Origin: an uncultured Rhodospirillaceae bacterium
Lineage (GTDB): Bacteria > Pseudomonadota > Alphaproteobacteria > Micavibrionales > UBA2020
Length of the DNA stretch: 64,000 nucleotides
Assembly (NCBI GenBank): GCA_964458415.1
Contig: CAYWIT010000004.1
Coordinates: forward strand, 81,493 to 145,492
Reading direction: 5' to 3'
A program made the position numbers and the translations under genes. This document shows positions 38,396 to 47,126 of the stretch, piece after piece. The notes beneath the pieces are model-generated. The model saw only the letters and a program-made list of their open reading frames with translations, searched no databases and was not told where the DNA came from. Position 1 is the stretch's first letter. Each line of letters begins with the position of its first letter.

Positions 38396-40825
38396 ATGAA
38401 GCAGGGGTTTTTCTCCCGCATGGTGATGGCACTGGTTTCTCTGGGCGTTCTGGGCGCGATTGGCGCCGTCGGCGCCGTGAGCGCAGTGCTGTTTTATTTT
38501 GGGCGGGATCTGCCGGATTACCGGGCGCTGGAAACCTACGAGCCCAAGATCGTTACCCGCGCCTATGCCGACGATGGCCGATTGCTGGCGGAATTTGCCG
38601 CGGAAAAGCGTGTGTTCGTGCCGGTTGAATCGGTGCCGCCTCTTGTCGTCAATGCCTTCCTTTCCGCCGAAGACAAGAATTTTTATAAACATGCGGGCGT
38701 GGATTTCATGGGGGTTGTTCGCGCGGCTGTTGTGAATTTGCAGCAGATTGGCTCTGGCCGGAGGCCGAAAGGCGCTTCGACCATTACCCAGCAGGTCGCG
38801 AAAAATTTTTTGCTGACCAACGAGGTTTCCTATGAGCGCAAGATCAAGGAAGCGATCCTTTCTTTTCGCATCGAACAGGCCTTGTCCAAGGATCGCATCC
38901 TTGAATTATACCTGAATGAAATTTTTCTGGGCGCCCGTGCTTACGGGGTCGCCGCCGCTTCGCTGGAATATTTCAACAAACCGCTGGATGAACTGACGCT
39001 GGAAGAAGCGGCGTTTCTGGCCGCGCTGCCCAAAGCGCCCAACAATTACAATCCTGAGAAATACTATGATGCGGCGGTGGAGCGGCGGAACTGGGTGATT
39101 GACCAGATGGTTGAAAACGGTCATATCACGGAAGAGGAAGGGGAAAGCGCCAAGGCAAAACCGATCGTTGTATCGCGGCGCGATGAAAACCAGTATGTGA
39201 ATTACCCCTATTTTGCGGAGGAGGTGCGCCGCAAGCTGCTGGAGCTTTACGGTGAAAAGGGGCTCTATGAGGGCGGGTTGATTGCCTATACGACGATGCG
39301 CCCCGATTATCAGAAGGTGGCCGAGAAGGCGCTGCGCAACGGGTTGATCGGTTATGATGTGCGGCACGGTCTGCATAGCGCGGCATTGGCGCATATTGGC
39401 GTGGAGGATTGGCAAAGCAAGCTGGCGCAGGTGGCGCTGCCGCCGGGAACGGGAGATTTCGAGCCGGCGGTCATACTGGAATCCGGGGATCAGCGGGCGG
39501 TGATTGGCCTGCGTTCCGGCAAGAAGGCGGTCATTACCTACAATAAAATGAAGTGGGCGAATAAAAAGGGCGAGAGCGCGCCGGAAAAAGTCAGTTCATT
39601 GCTGAAAACAGGGGATGTCTGGCTAACGGAAACCGCGGGAGAAGAGGACAAAGGCCTGCCGGTTTACTGGCTGCGGCAGATCCCCAAAGTCTCCGGCGGG
39701 TTTATCGCGATGGATCCGCATACGGGCCGGATTTTTGCGATTTCCGGCGGCTTCAGCTATGAAACAAGCCAGTTTAACCGTGCCTCGCAGGCCTTGCGGC
39801 AGCCGGGCTCGGCTTTCAAGCCTTTTGTCTATCTGGCGGGGCTGGAGTCCGGATTTACGCCCGCAACGCTAATTCTGGACGCGCCCTTCGTGCTGGATCA
39901 GGGGCCGGGACTTGGGAAGTGGCGTCCGCAAAACTATACCGAGGATTTCGGCGGGCCAACGACGATGCGTATCGGCCTTGAAAAATCCCGCAACCTGATG
40001 ACGATCCGGCTGGCCCATTATGTCGGCATGGATAAAATTGTGGCGCTGGTCCGCAGATTTGGCGTCATGGATGACTTGCCGCCGTTGCTGTCGATGTCGA
40101 TCGGCGCCGGAGAAACAACCTTGTTGCGCATGGCGGCGGCCTATAGCGTGTTTGTCAATGGCGGGAAAAAGATAATGCCGACGATGATTGATCGCATTCA
40201 GGATAAAAAGGGAAAGACCATTTATGTACACGATCAGCGGCCCTGTGACGGCTGCGGCGCATTGGTGCCGTGGAACGGGCAGGAAACGCCGGAGATTCCC
40301 GATACCCGCGAACAGATTGCCGATGCGCGTCATATGTACCAGATCGTCTCCATGCTGGAAGGCGTCGTTCAGCGCGGTACTGGGGTCTTGCTGAAGGACG
40401 TCGGGCGGCCTGTCGCCGGAAAAACCGGAACGACGAATAATTCCAAGGACACTTGGTTCATGGGGTTTACGCCGGATCTGGTCATGGGCGTTTATATCGG
40501 TTTTGACGAGCCGCAGAGTCTGGGGGCCAAGGAAACGGGTTCCCGCGTTGCGGCGCCGGTGGTCAAGGAGTTCCTGCAACTGGCGTTGAAAGATATCCCG
40601 CCGGTGCCTTTCCGGGTGCCGCAAGGGATCCGTCTGGTGCAGATCAATGCGGAGACGGGAACGCGCGCCAGGCCAGGTGACGAGAAAACGATACTGGAAT
40701 CCTTTGTCGCAGGAACGGAACCGAGCGATGAGCCGATGATGTTTACCGGCAAAGGGGTCAGCACGATTTCTGATGTGACTACCGTGGGGGAAAGCATCGA
40801 TACGGGGCTGGGCGGGCTTTATTAG
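38396..40825 (+). CDS. mrcA: penicillin-binding protein 1A (bifunctional transglycosylase/transpeptidase)
   Basis: ATG 38396 preferred. Signal-anchor, GT51 motifs (EDKNFYKHAGVD, GASTITQQ, RKIKE), and TPase SAFKP and KTGTT. Confidence 0.9.
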   Translation: MKQGFFSRMVMALVSLGVLGAIGAVGAVSAVLFYFGRDLPDYRALETYEPKIVTRAYADDGRLLAEFAAEKRVFVPVESVPPLVVNAFLSAEDKNFYKHAGVDFMGVVRAAVVNLQQIGSGRRPKGASTITQQVAKNFLLTNEVSYERKIKEAILSFRIEQALSKDRILELYLNEIFLGARAYGVAAASLEYFNKPLDELTLEEAAFLAALPKAPNNYNPEKYYDAAVERRNWVIDQMVENGHITEEEGESAKAKPIVVSRRDENQYVNYPYFAEEVRRKLLELYGEKGLYEGGLIAYTTMRPDYQKVAEKALRNGLIGYDVRHGLHSAALAHIGVEDWQSKLAQVALPPGTGDFEPAVILESGDQRAVIGLRSGKKAVITYNKMKWANKKGESAPEKVSSLLKTGDVWLTETAGEEDKGLPVYWLRQIPKVSGGFIAMDPHTGRIFAISGGFSYETSQFNRASQALRQPGSAFKPFVYLAGLESGFTPATLILDAPFVLDQGPGLGKWRPQNYTEDFGGPTTMRIGLEKSRNLMTIRLAHYVGMDKIVALVRRFGVMDDLPPLLSMSIGAGETTLLRMAAAYSVFVNGGKKIMPTMIDRIQDKKGKTIYVHDQRPCDGCGALVPWNGQETPEIPDTREQIADARHMYQIVSMLEGVVQRGTGVLLKDVGRPVAGKTGTTNNSKDTWFMGFTPDLVMGVYIGFDEPQSLGAKETGSRVAAPVVKEFLQLALKDIPPVPFRVPQGIRLVQINAETGTRARPGDEKTILESFVAGTEPSDEPMMFTGKGVSTISDVTTVGESIDTGLGGLY

Positions 40826-40902
40826 GCGCGCAGAGAACTACCAACCTAAGCCCCTGGACTTGTCAGCGGGGACGGGTAGATCTTTCCGACGCGTTTCTTC
40901 CG

Positions 40903-41109
40903 TCAGGTCGAGCATACCAAGTCCGGAGTGGATATTTGCAAGGGGCCCTCTGGTTTTTCCGGCGCTGCGGCTTCTGCGCTGAAATGCGGGAACAGGCCAT
41001 CCCGTTGCGTGGTATCGACGGTTTTTCCAGTGACCAGCATCAGATCAAGATGATGGCCGGTTTTGATATTAGCTTCGTCAACCTGTCTCTTCAGTTCCTT
41101 GAACGGCAA
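40903..41109 (-). CDS. doubtful small ORF / possible gene remnant
   Basis: 68 codons from a TTG start. The frame is open a further 18 codons upstream with no canonical start. No family assigned. Confidence 0.2.
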   Translation of the reverse strand: MPFKELKRQVDEANIKTGHHLDLMLVTGKTVDTTQRDGLFPHFSAEAAAPEKPEGPLQISTPDLVCST

Positions 41110-41192
41110 GGCGACGGGAATAACAATGCCCCTTAGGTAAAATACAACGGGGAATATTCTATGCTAATACAATAATTTTTATTGAATATCAA

Positions 41193-41705
41193 TTAGTTAG
41201 TATAAATATCAATACCCAGACGCAGTAAGAGCTCATCCAGCGCCGCCATAAAGCCGTTTTGTGGGCGCATCTGCCCCCGTTCCAGTTCGGCTTGGAAGGT
41301 TTCCTGCGTTACGGCCCCCCTGACGGCGCTACGAATCGCCTCAAGGTCAAGCCCAGCAAGCTGGTCAGCATGAAGCTTCTTTAAAATCGTCTCTTCAGAC
41401 GGATGCATTTCACCGTCGGCGCGGACCAGCAGACCGCCAAAATAGACCAGTTGTCCGCGCACGGCGGGGTCGTTGATATGGGGCAGCAGATCAGCGATAT
41501 TTTTGGGATTTTTGAGGTCGTCGGCAAGGGTGGCTTTTTGCTCCGTCGTCATGCCATGAACGCGATCCATATTGGCGAAGATTTTCTCGAGATGGGCAAT
41601 CTCGGCAGCATGCAAAATGCCGTCGGCATGGGCGATGGTGATGACACAGCGCCACATGTAAAAGAGGCTGGTTGAAATGCTTTGTCCGGATGAATTTTCG
41701 TTCAT
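41193..41705 (-). CDS. TerB-like (tellurite-resistance/DjlA N-terminal-like) domain protein
   Basis: 170 aa, helical, with a repeated ADG..H..E pattern (IAHADGILHAAEIAHLEKIF; LVRADGEMHPSEETILKKL). Confidence 0.6.
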   Translation of the reverse strand: MNENSSGQSISTSLFYMWRCVITIAHADGILHAAEIAHLEKIFANMDRVHGMTTEQKATLADDLKNPKNIADLLPHINDPAVRGQLVYFGGLLVRADGEMHPSEETILKKLHADQLAGLDLEAIRSAVRGAVTQETFQAELERGQMRPQNGFMAALDELLLRLGIDIYTN

Positions 41706-41726
41706 GTTGCTTTCCTTGTTGATAAA

Positions 41727-43682
41727 TTATTCCCCGGCAGCCACCGCAATGGCATCCAGCAGGGACCGTTTCGAAAGAAGCTCCGGCAGGACGATACCCT
41801 CCGGGGCGCCGGGCCCGTAGACGATGTTAAAGGGGATGCCGTATCGACCAAATTTCTTCAGATAGAGAGAGATGGATTCGTCGCGGTGCGTCCAGTCTGC
41901 CTGCAGCCGCAGGAAGTTTTCGGCGCCGATCGCGGTTTGAACATCCTCTTGTTCCAGCACCAGACGTTTGTTGGCTTTGCAGGTCAGGCACCAGTCCGCC
42001 GTGACATCGACAATCACGGTTTTCCCGTCTGCCAGCGCCGGGGCGATAAGGGCCTGATCGAATTTCTGCCAGCCCGTATCCAGCGTCGGCGTTGTCGAAA
42101 TGGTGACAAGCACGTTGGCGAGCCAGAGCGCGGTCAGGGCGAGTGCCACCGCCAGAATTTTCTTCAGCGTGACCATCCATTTTCCGGGTTTTGGCATATG
42201 TTTGAAAAGCTTTGGCGAAAGGGCCAGCAAAATATAGGGGAAAGCCAGCCCCAGCCCCAGAAAAGTAAAAATGGTGAAGATGTCGAAAGTGCCGCGGGCG
42301 AGGGCGAAGCCGACGGCGGTGCCGAGAAACGGCGCCGTGCAGGGGGTCGCCAGCAGCGTGGCAAAGGCGCCGGTCAGGAAGTGCCCTGTCAGGGTGGGTT
42401 CGTGTTCATGTTTGGCGGGAATATTTCTGGCGATGAAGCGTGGCAGCGGAATTTCAAAGGCACCCCACATGTTCAGGGCAAAAAGCACCAGCATGATGAT
42501 CAGGAAAACAAGAAAAGCGGGGTGCTGGAACTGCAGGCCCCAGCCAATGGTTGATCCGGCCGATTTAAGGGCGGCCAGAATGCCGGCCATCAGCCAGAAG
42601 GAGCATAAAATACCGAAGGCCGAAGCCATGAAGTTGCGGAAGATCGTCCGCCGGTTTTCTTTGCCGCCATGGCTGACGACGGAAAGAATTTTGAGCGACA
42701 GCACGGGCAGGACGCAGGGCATCAGGTTCAGGATAAGTCCGCCCAGAAAAGCGAAGAAGATGATGCGGAGATCAAGAAACTCCAGCAGCCCCTGCAGCGG
42801 CGTTTCAGGTGCGGGGACGGCTGTTGGTGCCACCGGTTCCAGCGTGAGTCCGGCTTGCTCGGCCAGAATATCGCCATCCACATAGGTCAGGGTAAAGTCT
42901 GTGGCCGAGAGCGCATTCTGTTGCATCTCCAGCGGATCCGTTGAATGGCTCATCAGGCGAAAAACCGTTTTTCCCGTTTCAGAATCGTGAGAGATTTGCG
43001 GGGCGCTGAAAATAATCCCGGATTCATGTTCAACGAACAGATCCGCGCCTTTGGAGGGGCTGTGCGGTAAAACAGATGTTGTGACAAGGTAGGTATTGTT
43101 GCCGCTGTCATAGGAGAGGGTCGGATTGTCAAACCGGAGGCCTGCCGCGGGAGCCGGAATTTTTTTCAACGCCGCCTGAAATTCTTCCGCCCGTGCGCTG
43201 GTAGCGCTTTCTCCGGCGGGCAGCGTAAAGGAGAGTTTATGTGTTTCGGGGACGCAAATATCCTTGCAGACAAGCAAATCAAGCTGCAGCGCAAGGTTGA
43301 GCGGGGCGCCAGGCGTTTCCGGCGTCAGGGTGACGGGAAAAATCACCGTATTCTTGTAGCCAAAGCTTTCAAGGTCAAGGGTGGTAAAGCGGTGCGGTGC
43401 GGGCCAGCTGATGACGGCGTCCTTCAGGTTTTCCGATCCGCTCCAGTCGAAATGCGGGGCAAGTCCGGCATCGCCCGGGTTGCGCCAATAGGTGTCCCAC
43501 CCGGCGTCAAGATCCAGCCGGACGGCAAGGGGAATGCTTGCGTCCTGCCCAACGGCGGTCTGCGGGCTGAAAATTTCAGCGCGGACATGCTGGGGCTGCG
43601 GCGCCTGCGCAAAGGCCGCGGCGGCAAAGAATAAAGTGAAAAAGACGGCGAAAATCCGGTGCATGGCAGGGTTCCTTTTCAA
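41727..43682 (-). CDS. DsbD/ScsB-family thiol:disulfide reductase (periplasmic N-domain + CcdA-like TM core + C-terminal thioredoxin domain)
   Basis: 651 aa. Signal peptide, LLVCKDICVPE, TM motifs NLMPCVLPVLSLK and ATPCTAPFLG, and C-terminal DVTADWCLTCK. Confidence 0.85.
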   Translation of the reverse strand: MKRNPAMHRIFAVFFTLFFAAAAFAQAPQPQHVRAEIFSPQTAVGQDASIPLAVRLDLDAGWDTYWRNPGDAGLAPHFDWSGSENLKDAVISWPAPHRFTTLDLESFGYKNTVIFPVTLTPETPGAPLNLALQLDLLVCKDICVPETHKLSFTLPAGESATSARAEEFQAALKKIPAPAAGLRFDNPTLSYDSGNNTYLVTTSVLPHSPSKGADLFVEHESGIIFSAPQISHDSETGKTVFRLMSHSTDPLEMQQNALSATDFTLTYVDGDILAEQAGLTLEPVAPTAVPAPETPLQGLLEFLDLRIIFFAFLGGLILNLMPCVLPVLSLKILSVVSHGGKENRRTIFRNFMASAFGILCSFWLMAGILAALKSAGSTIGWGLQFQHPAFLVFLIIMLVLFALNMWGAFEIPLPRFIARNIPAKHEHEPTLTGHFLTGAFATLLATPCTAPFLGTAVGFALARGTFDIFTIFTFLGLGLAFPYILLALSPKLFKHMPKPGKWMVTLKKILAVALALTALWLANVLVTISTTPTLDTGWQKFDQALIAPALADGKTVIVDVTADWCLTCKANKRLVLEQEDVQTAIGAENFLRLQADWTHRDESISLYLKKFGRYGIPFNIVYGPGAPEGIVLPELLSKRSLLDAIAVAAGE

Positions 43683-43739
43683 GAAGAATCATACCCTAAT
43701 TCGCTACCGGAAAGAAATAGTTACGGCAGGACTGCCGGA

Positions 43740-45164
43740 TTATCCGGAAATCGCACGTCTGAGAATTTCGATATCCTCGGCCAAGGCGCGGTCTGTTGCC
43801 ATCAGCTCTTCAATCCGGCGGATGCCATGGATAATGGTTGTATGGTCGCGGCCGCCGAATTTCCGGCCGATTTCGGGAAGGGAGTGTTCGGTCAGGACTT
43901 TTGCCAGATACATGGCAATTTGTCTTGGGCGGGCCACGTTGCGGGCGCGGCGTGGCGAGTGCATATCGGAAATCCGGATATTGTAATGCGCGGTCACCTT
44001 GCGCTGGATATCCTCGATCGAAATGCGGCGGTCATGCGAGCGCAGCAGATCGCGCAACAGGTCCTCGGCGCTTTCGACGGTCAACGGTCTGCCGATCAGC
44101 TCGACATGGGCGATCAGGCGATTGAGGGCGCCTTCAAGCTCGCGCACGCTCGCGGCGATGCGGTGCGCCAGAAATTCCAGCACCTCCTGCGGCACATTGC
44201 GTTTCAGCATAGCGCATTTTGATTGCAGGATGCCCAGGCGTAGCTCGTAGGTGGTCGGATGTATGTCGGCCACCAGACCCCAGCCGAGGCGCGAGCGCAG
44301 ACGTTCCTCCAGACCGTCGAGATCTGTCGGACTTTTATCGGCGGAAATAATGATCTGGCGGTTCTGGTCGATCAGCGCGTTGAAGGTGTGGAAGAATTCT
44401 TCCTGTGTTGATTCCTTGCCGCAGATGAACTGGATATCGTCGATCATCAGCACATCGACATTGCGGCACTGTTCCTTGAAAGACATCATGTCCTTGCTGC
44501 GCAAGGCGCGGACGAACTGGTACATGAACTTTTCCGCCGACATGTAAACGACTTTTCTTTCCGGTGTGCGGGCCCGGATTGCCCAGCCGATGGCGTGCAT
44601 CAGATGGGTTTTGCCAAGGCCGACGCCGCCATAGAGAAACAGGGGATTAAAGGCAACGGCATCGCTTTCCGCCACGCGGCGGGCAGCGGCATAGGCGAGC
44701 TCGTTCGGCTTGCCGACAATGAAGTTGTCAAAAGTAAAGCGTGGATCAAGCTGCGAGGAAAGTGTGTCAGGGAGGGCGGGTTGCGCCGATTCAGATGCGC
44801 TGTTTTCGTTGGCAACGGCAACCGGCACGAATGCCGCAGCGGTTTTTTTCGCCGGTGCCGTTGTGGCAACCGTCAGGTCAATGCGGGTGGCGGGAGAATG
44901 GTTCTGTGTCCAGAGCTCGAGAATGCGGGAACTGTAATGGGCTTTGACCCAGTCACGGACGAGGCGTGTCGGCGCGGAAATTGCCAGGACACCGCCGGAG
45001 AAAGAAGAAAACGCCAGTGGCTCGATCCAGCTGCGGAAGGCCATATCGCCAAGCTCGGCATGCAAAATGGCGCAAAGCTGTTCCCAGCGGTCCATTGCCG
45101 GGAGCGCTGTCCCCGTCTCGCCGGTTTCCTGCCGTGCCGTCGCCGTATTTGCGCTTTCAAACAT
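43740..45164 (-). CDS. dnaA: chromosomal replication initiator protein DnaA
   Basis: ATG 45164 with GGGAGG 5 nt upstream, preferred over TTG 45176. GGVGLGKTHL, IDDIQF, and C-terminal DHTTIIHGIRRIEE. Confidence 0.95.
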   Translation of the reverse strand: MFESANTATARQETGETGTALPAMDRWEQLCAILHAELGDMAFRSWIEPLAFSSFSGGVLAISAPTRLVRDWVKAHYSSRILELWTQNHSPATRIDLTVATTAPAKKTAAAFVPVAVANENSASESAQPALPDTLSSQLDPRFTFDNFIVGKPNELAYAAARRVAESDAVAFNPLFLYGGVGLGKTHLMHAIGWAIRARTPERKVVYMSAEKFMYQFVRALRSKDMMSFKEQCRNVDVLMIDDIQFICGKESTQEEFFHTFNALIDQNRQIIISADKSPTDLDGLEERLRSRLGWGLVADIHPTTYELRLGILQSKCAMLKRNVPQEVLEFLAHRIAASVRELEGALNRLIAHVELIGRPLTVESAEDLLRDLLRSHDRRISIEDIQRKVTAHYNIRISDMHSPRRARNVARPRQIAMYLAKVLTEHSLPEIGRKFGGRDHTTIIHGIRRIEELMATDRALAEDIEILRRAISG

Positions 45165-45396
45165 CCTGCCTCCCAATCGCTTCGCTGCGTTATATCTTTT
45201 CCTGCAGAAAGGGCTGAAAAATCCGCGGCCCTGCCCTGCGGCAAAGCTGTCTGAAGCAGGCCCTTCCTGTGAACTTCACAAGCGGCGCGGAAAGATTCGC
45301 ACGTCAAAAATAAAGGGATTGAACGGCGTTGTTTCTGTGGAGCTTGTGAAGTGAAGGCACCTTACAGGGTGCGCCAGATTCGCAGCAAGGGGAGAG

Positions 45397-45405
45397 TGTG
45401 GATAA
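45397..45405 (-). promoter_or_regulatory. perfect DnaA box (TTATCCACA on minus strand) upstream of dnaA
   Basis: The + strand reads TGTGGATAA at 45397-45405, about 230 nt upstream of the dnaA start and next to an AT-rich stretch. Confidence 0.6.
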
Positions 45406-45446
45406 CTTTAAAAAAGAAAGAAACGTATCAAATTATGAACTTTTAA

Positions 45447-45466
45447 TTTTTATGCGCGCATAAAAA
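45447..45466. repeat. 20-bp perfect palindrome TTTTTATGCGCGCATAAAAA
   Basis: Self-complementary by direct reading. Abuts the rpsT terminator hairpin. Confidence 0.9.
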
Positions 45467-45495
45467 AACGCCGCGTTGATTCGGCGGCGTTTTTT
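45462..45495 (-). terminator. rho-independent (bidirectional-looking) terminator downstream of rpsT
   Basis: ACGCCGC (45468-45474) / GCGGCGT (45484-45490) stem, flanked by A7 and T5 runs. Confidence 0.7.
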
Positions 45496-45528
45496 ATTTT
45501 CCGGCAGCTTCCTTGCGGAAGGCGGAAA

Positions 45529-45795
45529 TTATTTTTTGAGCGCTTTCACGCGTTTGGAAAGGCGGGAGACTTTGCGCGCTGCTGTATTCTTATGCAGAAG
45601 ACCTTTGTCTGCGCTGCGCTGGATTTTCGGCTGTGCGGCTTTCAGCGCTTCCTTGGCGGCGCCTTCGTCACCGGCCTGAATGGCTTCCTCTACCTTGCGG
45701 ATATAGGTGCGCATTTGCGATGTGCGGCTTTTGTTGGCGACGGCGGCGCGTGCATTGCGGCGGACACGTTTTTTTGCTGACTTGTGGACGGGCAT
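45529..45795 (-). CDS. rpsT: 30S ribosomal protein S20
   Basis: 88 aa. [24 protein letters not shown]... Confidence 0.95.
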   Translation of the reverse strand: MPVHKSAKKRVRRNARAAVANKSRTSQMRTYIRKVEEAIQAGDEGAAKEALKAAQPKIQRSADKGLLHKNTAARKVSRLSKRVKALKK

Positions 45796-45924
45796 AGTTT
45801 CCTGTTCTCTTTCTTACATTCTTTGAATTCTTTTTCTGCGGCGACCGGCAGAATCATGCTCTGCCTTGAAATACCACAGGGATTTGGGTTTTTTAGAGGG
45901 ATTTTCAGATAAAGTCAAGATGCG

Positions 45925-45933
45925 TGTGGATAA
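45925..45933 (-). promoter_or_regulatory. second perfect DnaA box, upstream of rpsT
   Basis: The + strand reads TGTGGATAA at 45925-45933, in the rpsT / enoyl-CoA hydratase intergenic region. Same orientation as the first box. Confidence 0.5.
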
Positions 45934-45950
45934 AAGGCAATCTCTTGATT

Positions 45951-46727
45951 TTACTGGTCTTTAAAGCTCGCCGGGCGCTTTTCGACAAAGGCGGCCATGC
46001 CCTCTTTCTGGTCGGCGCTGGCAAAAGTGGCATGAAACAGGCGTCTTTCAAAGCGGAGCCCCTCTGTCAGGGTGGTTTCATAGGCCCGGTTGACCGATTC
46101 TTTGACCATCATGGCGGCAGGGGTGGAAAAGCCGGCGATTTTGGCGGCGACCTTCAATGTTTCAGCCATCAGCTCGGCGGCGGGAACGATTCTGGCGACC
46201 AGACCGGCGCACTCGGCTTCGGTGGCGTCCATCATGCGTCCGGTCAGGCAGAGCTCCATCGCCTTGGCTTTACCGATCAGGCGGGTAAGACGCTGGGTGC
46301 CGCCGGCTCCCGGAATGGTGCCGATGGTGATTTCCGGCTGGCTGAATTTGGCTGTATCCGCCGCCAGAATGAAGTCGCACATCATCGCCAGTTCGCAGCC
46401 GCCGCCCAGGCAGTATCCGGCAACGGCGGCGATAACGGGTTTGCGGCAGCGCGCCGTGCGCTCCCAGTTGCGCGTGATAAAATCCTCTTTATAGGCGTCG
46501 ATAAAATTTTTCGTGGCCATTTCCTTGATATCGGCGCCGGCGGCGAAAGCTTTCTCGCTGCCGGTCAGGACGATGACGCGCACAGTGTCGTCGGATTCAA
46601 AGCCGTCCAGCGCGGTTGTAAGTTCATCCATCAGAGCCTGACAGAGCGCGTTAAGAGCCTTGGGGCGGTTGAGCGTGATGATGCCGATCCCGTCTTTTTT
46701 TTCGGTCAGGATGTTTTCAAAGGTCAT
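45951..46727 (-). CDS. enoyl-CoA hydratase/isomerase (crotonase family)
   Basis: 258 aa. [22 protein letters not shown], and [19 protein letters not shown]. Confidence 0.85.
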   Translation of the reverse strand: MTFENILTEKKDGIGIITLNRPKALNALCQALMDELTTALDGFESDDTVRVIVLTGSEKAFAAGADIKEMATKNFIDAYKEDFITRNWERTARCRKPVIAAVAGYCLGGGCELAMMCDFILAADTAKFSQPEITIGTIPGAGGTQRLTRLIGKAKAMELCLTGRMMDATEAECAGLVARIVPAAELMAETLKVAAKIAGFSTPAAMMVKESVNRAYETTLTEGLRFERRLFHATFASADQKEGMAAFVEKRPASFKDQ

Positions 46728-47113
46728 TCTTTTGCTTTCGGGGTAGGAGAGAGGCTGAAATGGATGCGCAGCATGGGGCCGCCGTGGTCCGCGCGGAGGG
46801 AAAGCCTCTCGCCGTCCCGCAGATAGTTCTGCAGGCCGAAGTCGTCCCGGCCCAGAGGCCGCCAGCCCAGTTGCGGCAAATTTTTATCATAGTAAGTGAG
46901 AACCTGCTTTTCGTCGGATCCGGTTTCCGTGGTGGTTTCGATGATGCGGCCGTCCGGCGTATCGAAAATAATAGTGTTCTCCGGCAACTCGGTCATGTTC
47001 TGCATCAGGGGCAGATCGTCGATGGCTTGCGAATAGGCGACGTCTTCGGCGGAGGCCCCGACGGGAGCCCCCAGCACAAGCAGAACAGCCATCATGCACA
47101 GGATTCTTTCCAT
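46724..47113 (-). CDS. hypothetical secreted protein
   Basis: 129 aa with signal peptide [16 protein letters not shown]. 4-nt overlap with the downstream hydratase gene. Confidence 0.55.
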   Translation of the reverse strand: MERILCMMAVLLVLGAPVGASAEDVAYSQAIDDLPLMQNMTELPENTIIFDTPDGRIIETTTETGSDEKQVLTYYDKNLPQLGWRPLGRDDFGLQNYLRDGERLSLRADHGGPMLRIHFSLSPTPKAKE

Positions 47114-47126
47114 GTTGCCAGTGTAG

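Noticed and set aside
45165-45528. Calling the rpsT-dnaA intergenic region the chromosomal origin (oriC)
   Set aside because: There is only one exact DnaA box in this gap, plus one beyond rpsT, and no clear cluster of boxes. Alphaproteobacterial origins are often not next to dnaA. The local gene orientation, with + strand genes to the left and - strand genes to the right, is convergent rather than divergent. Kept as a regulatory-region finding only.
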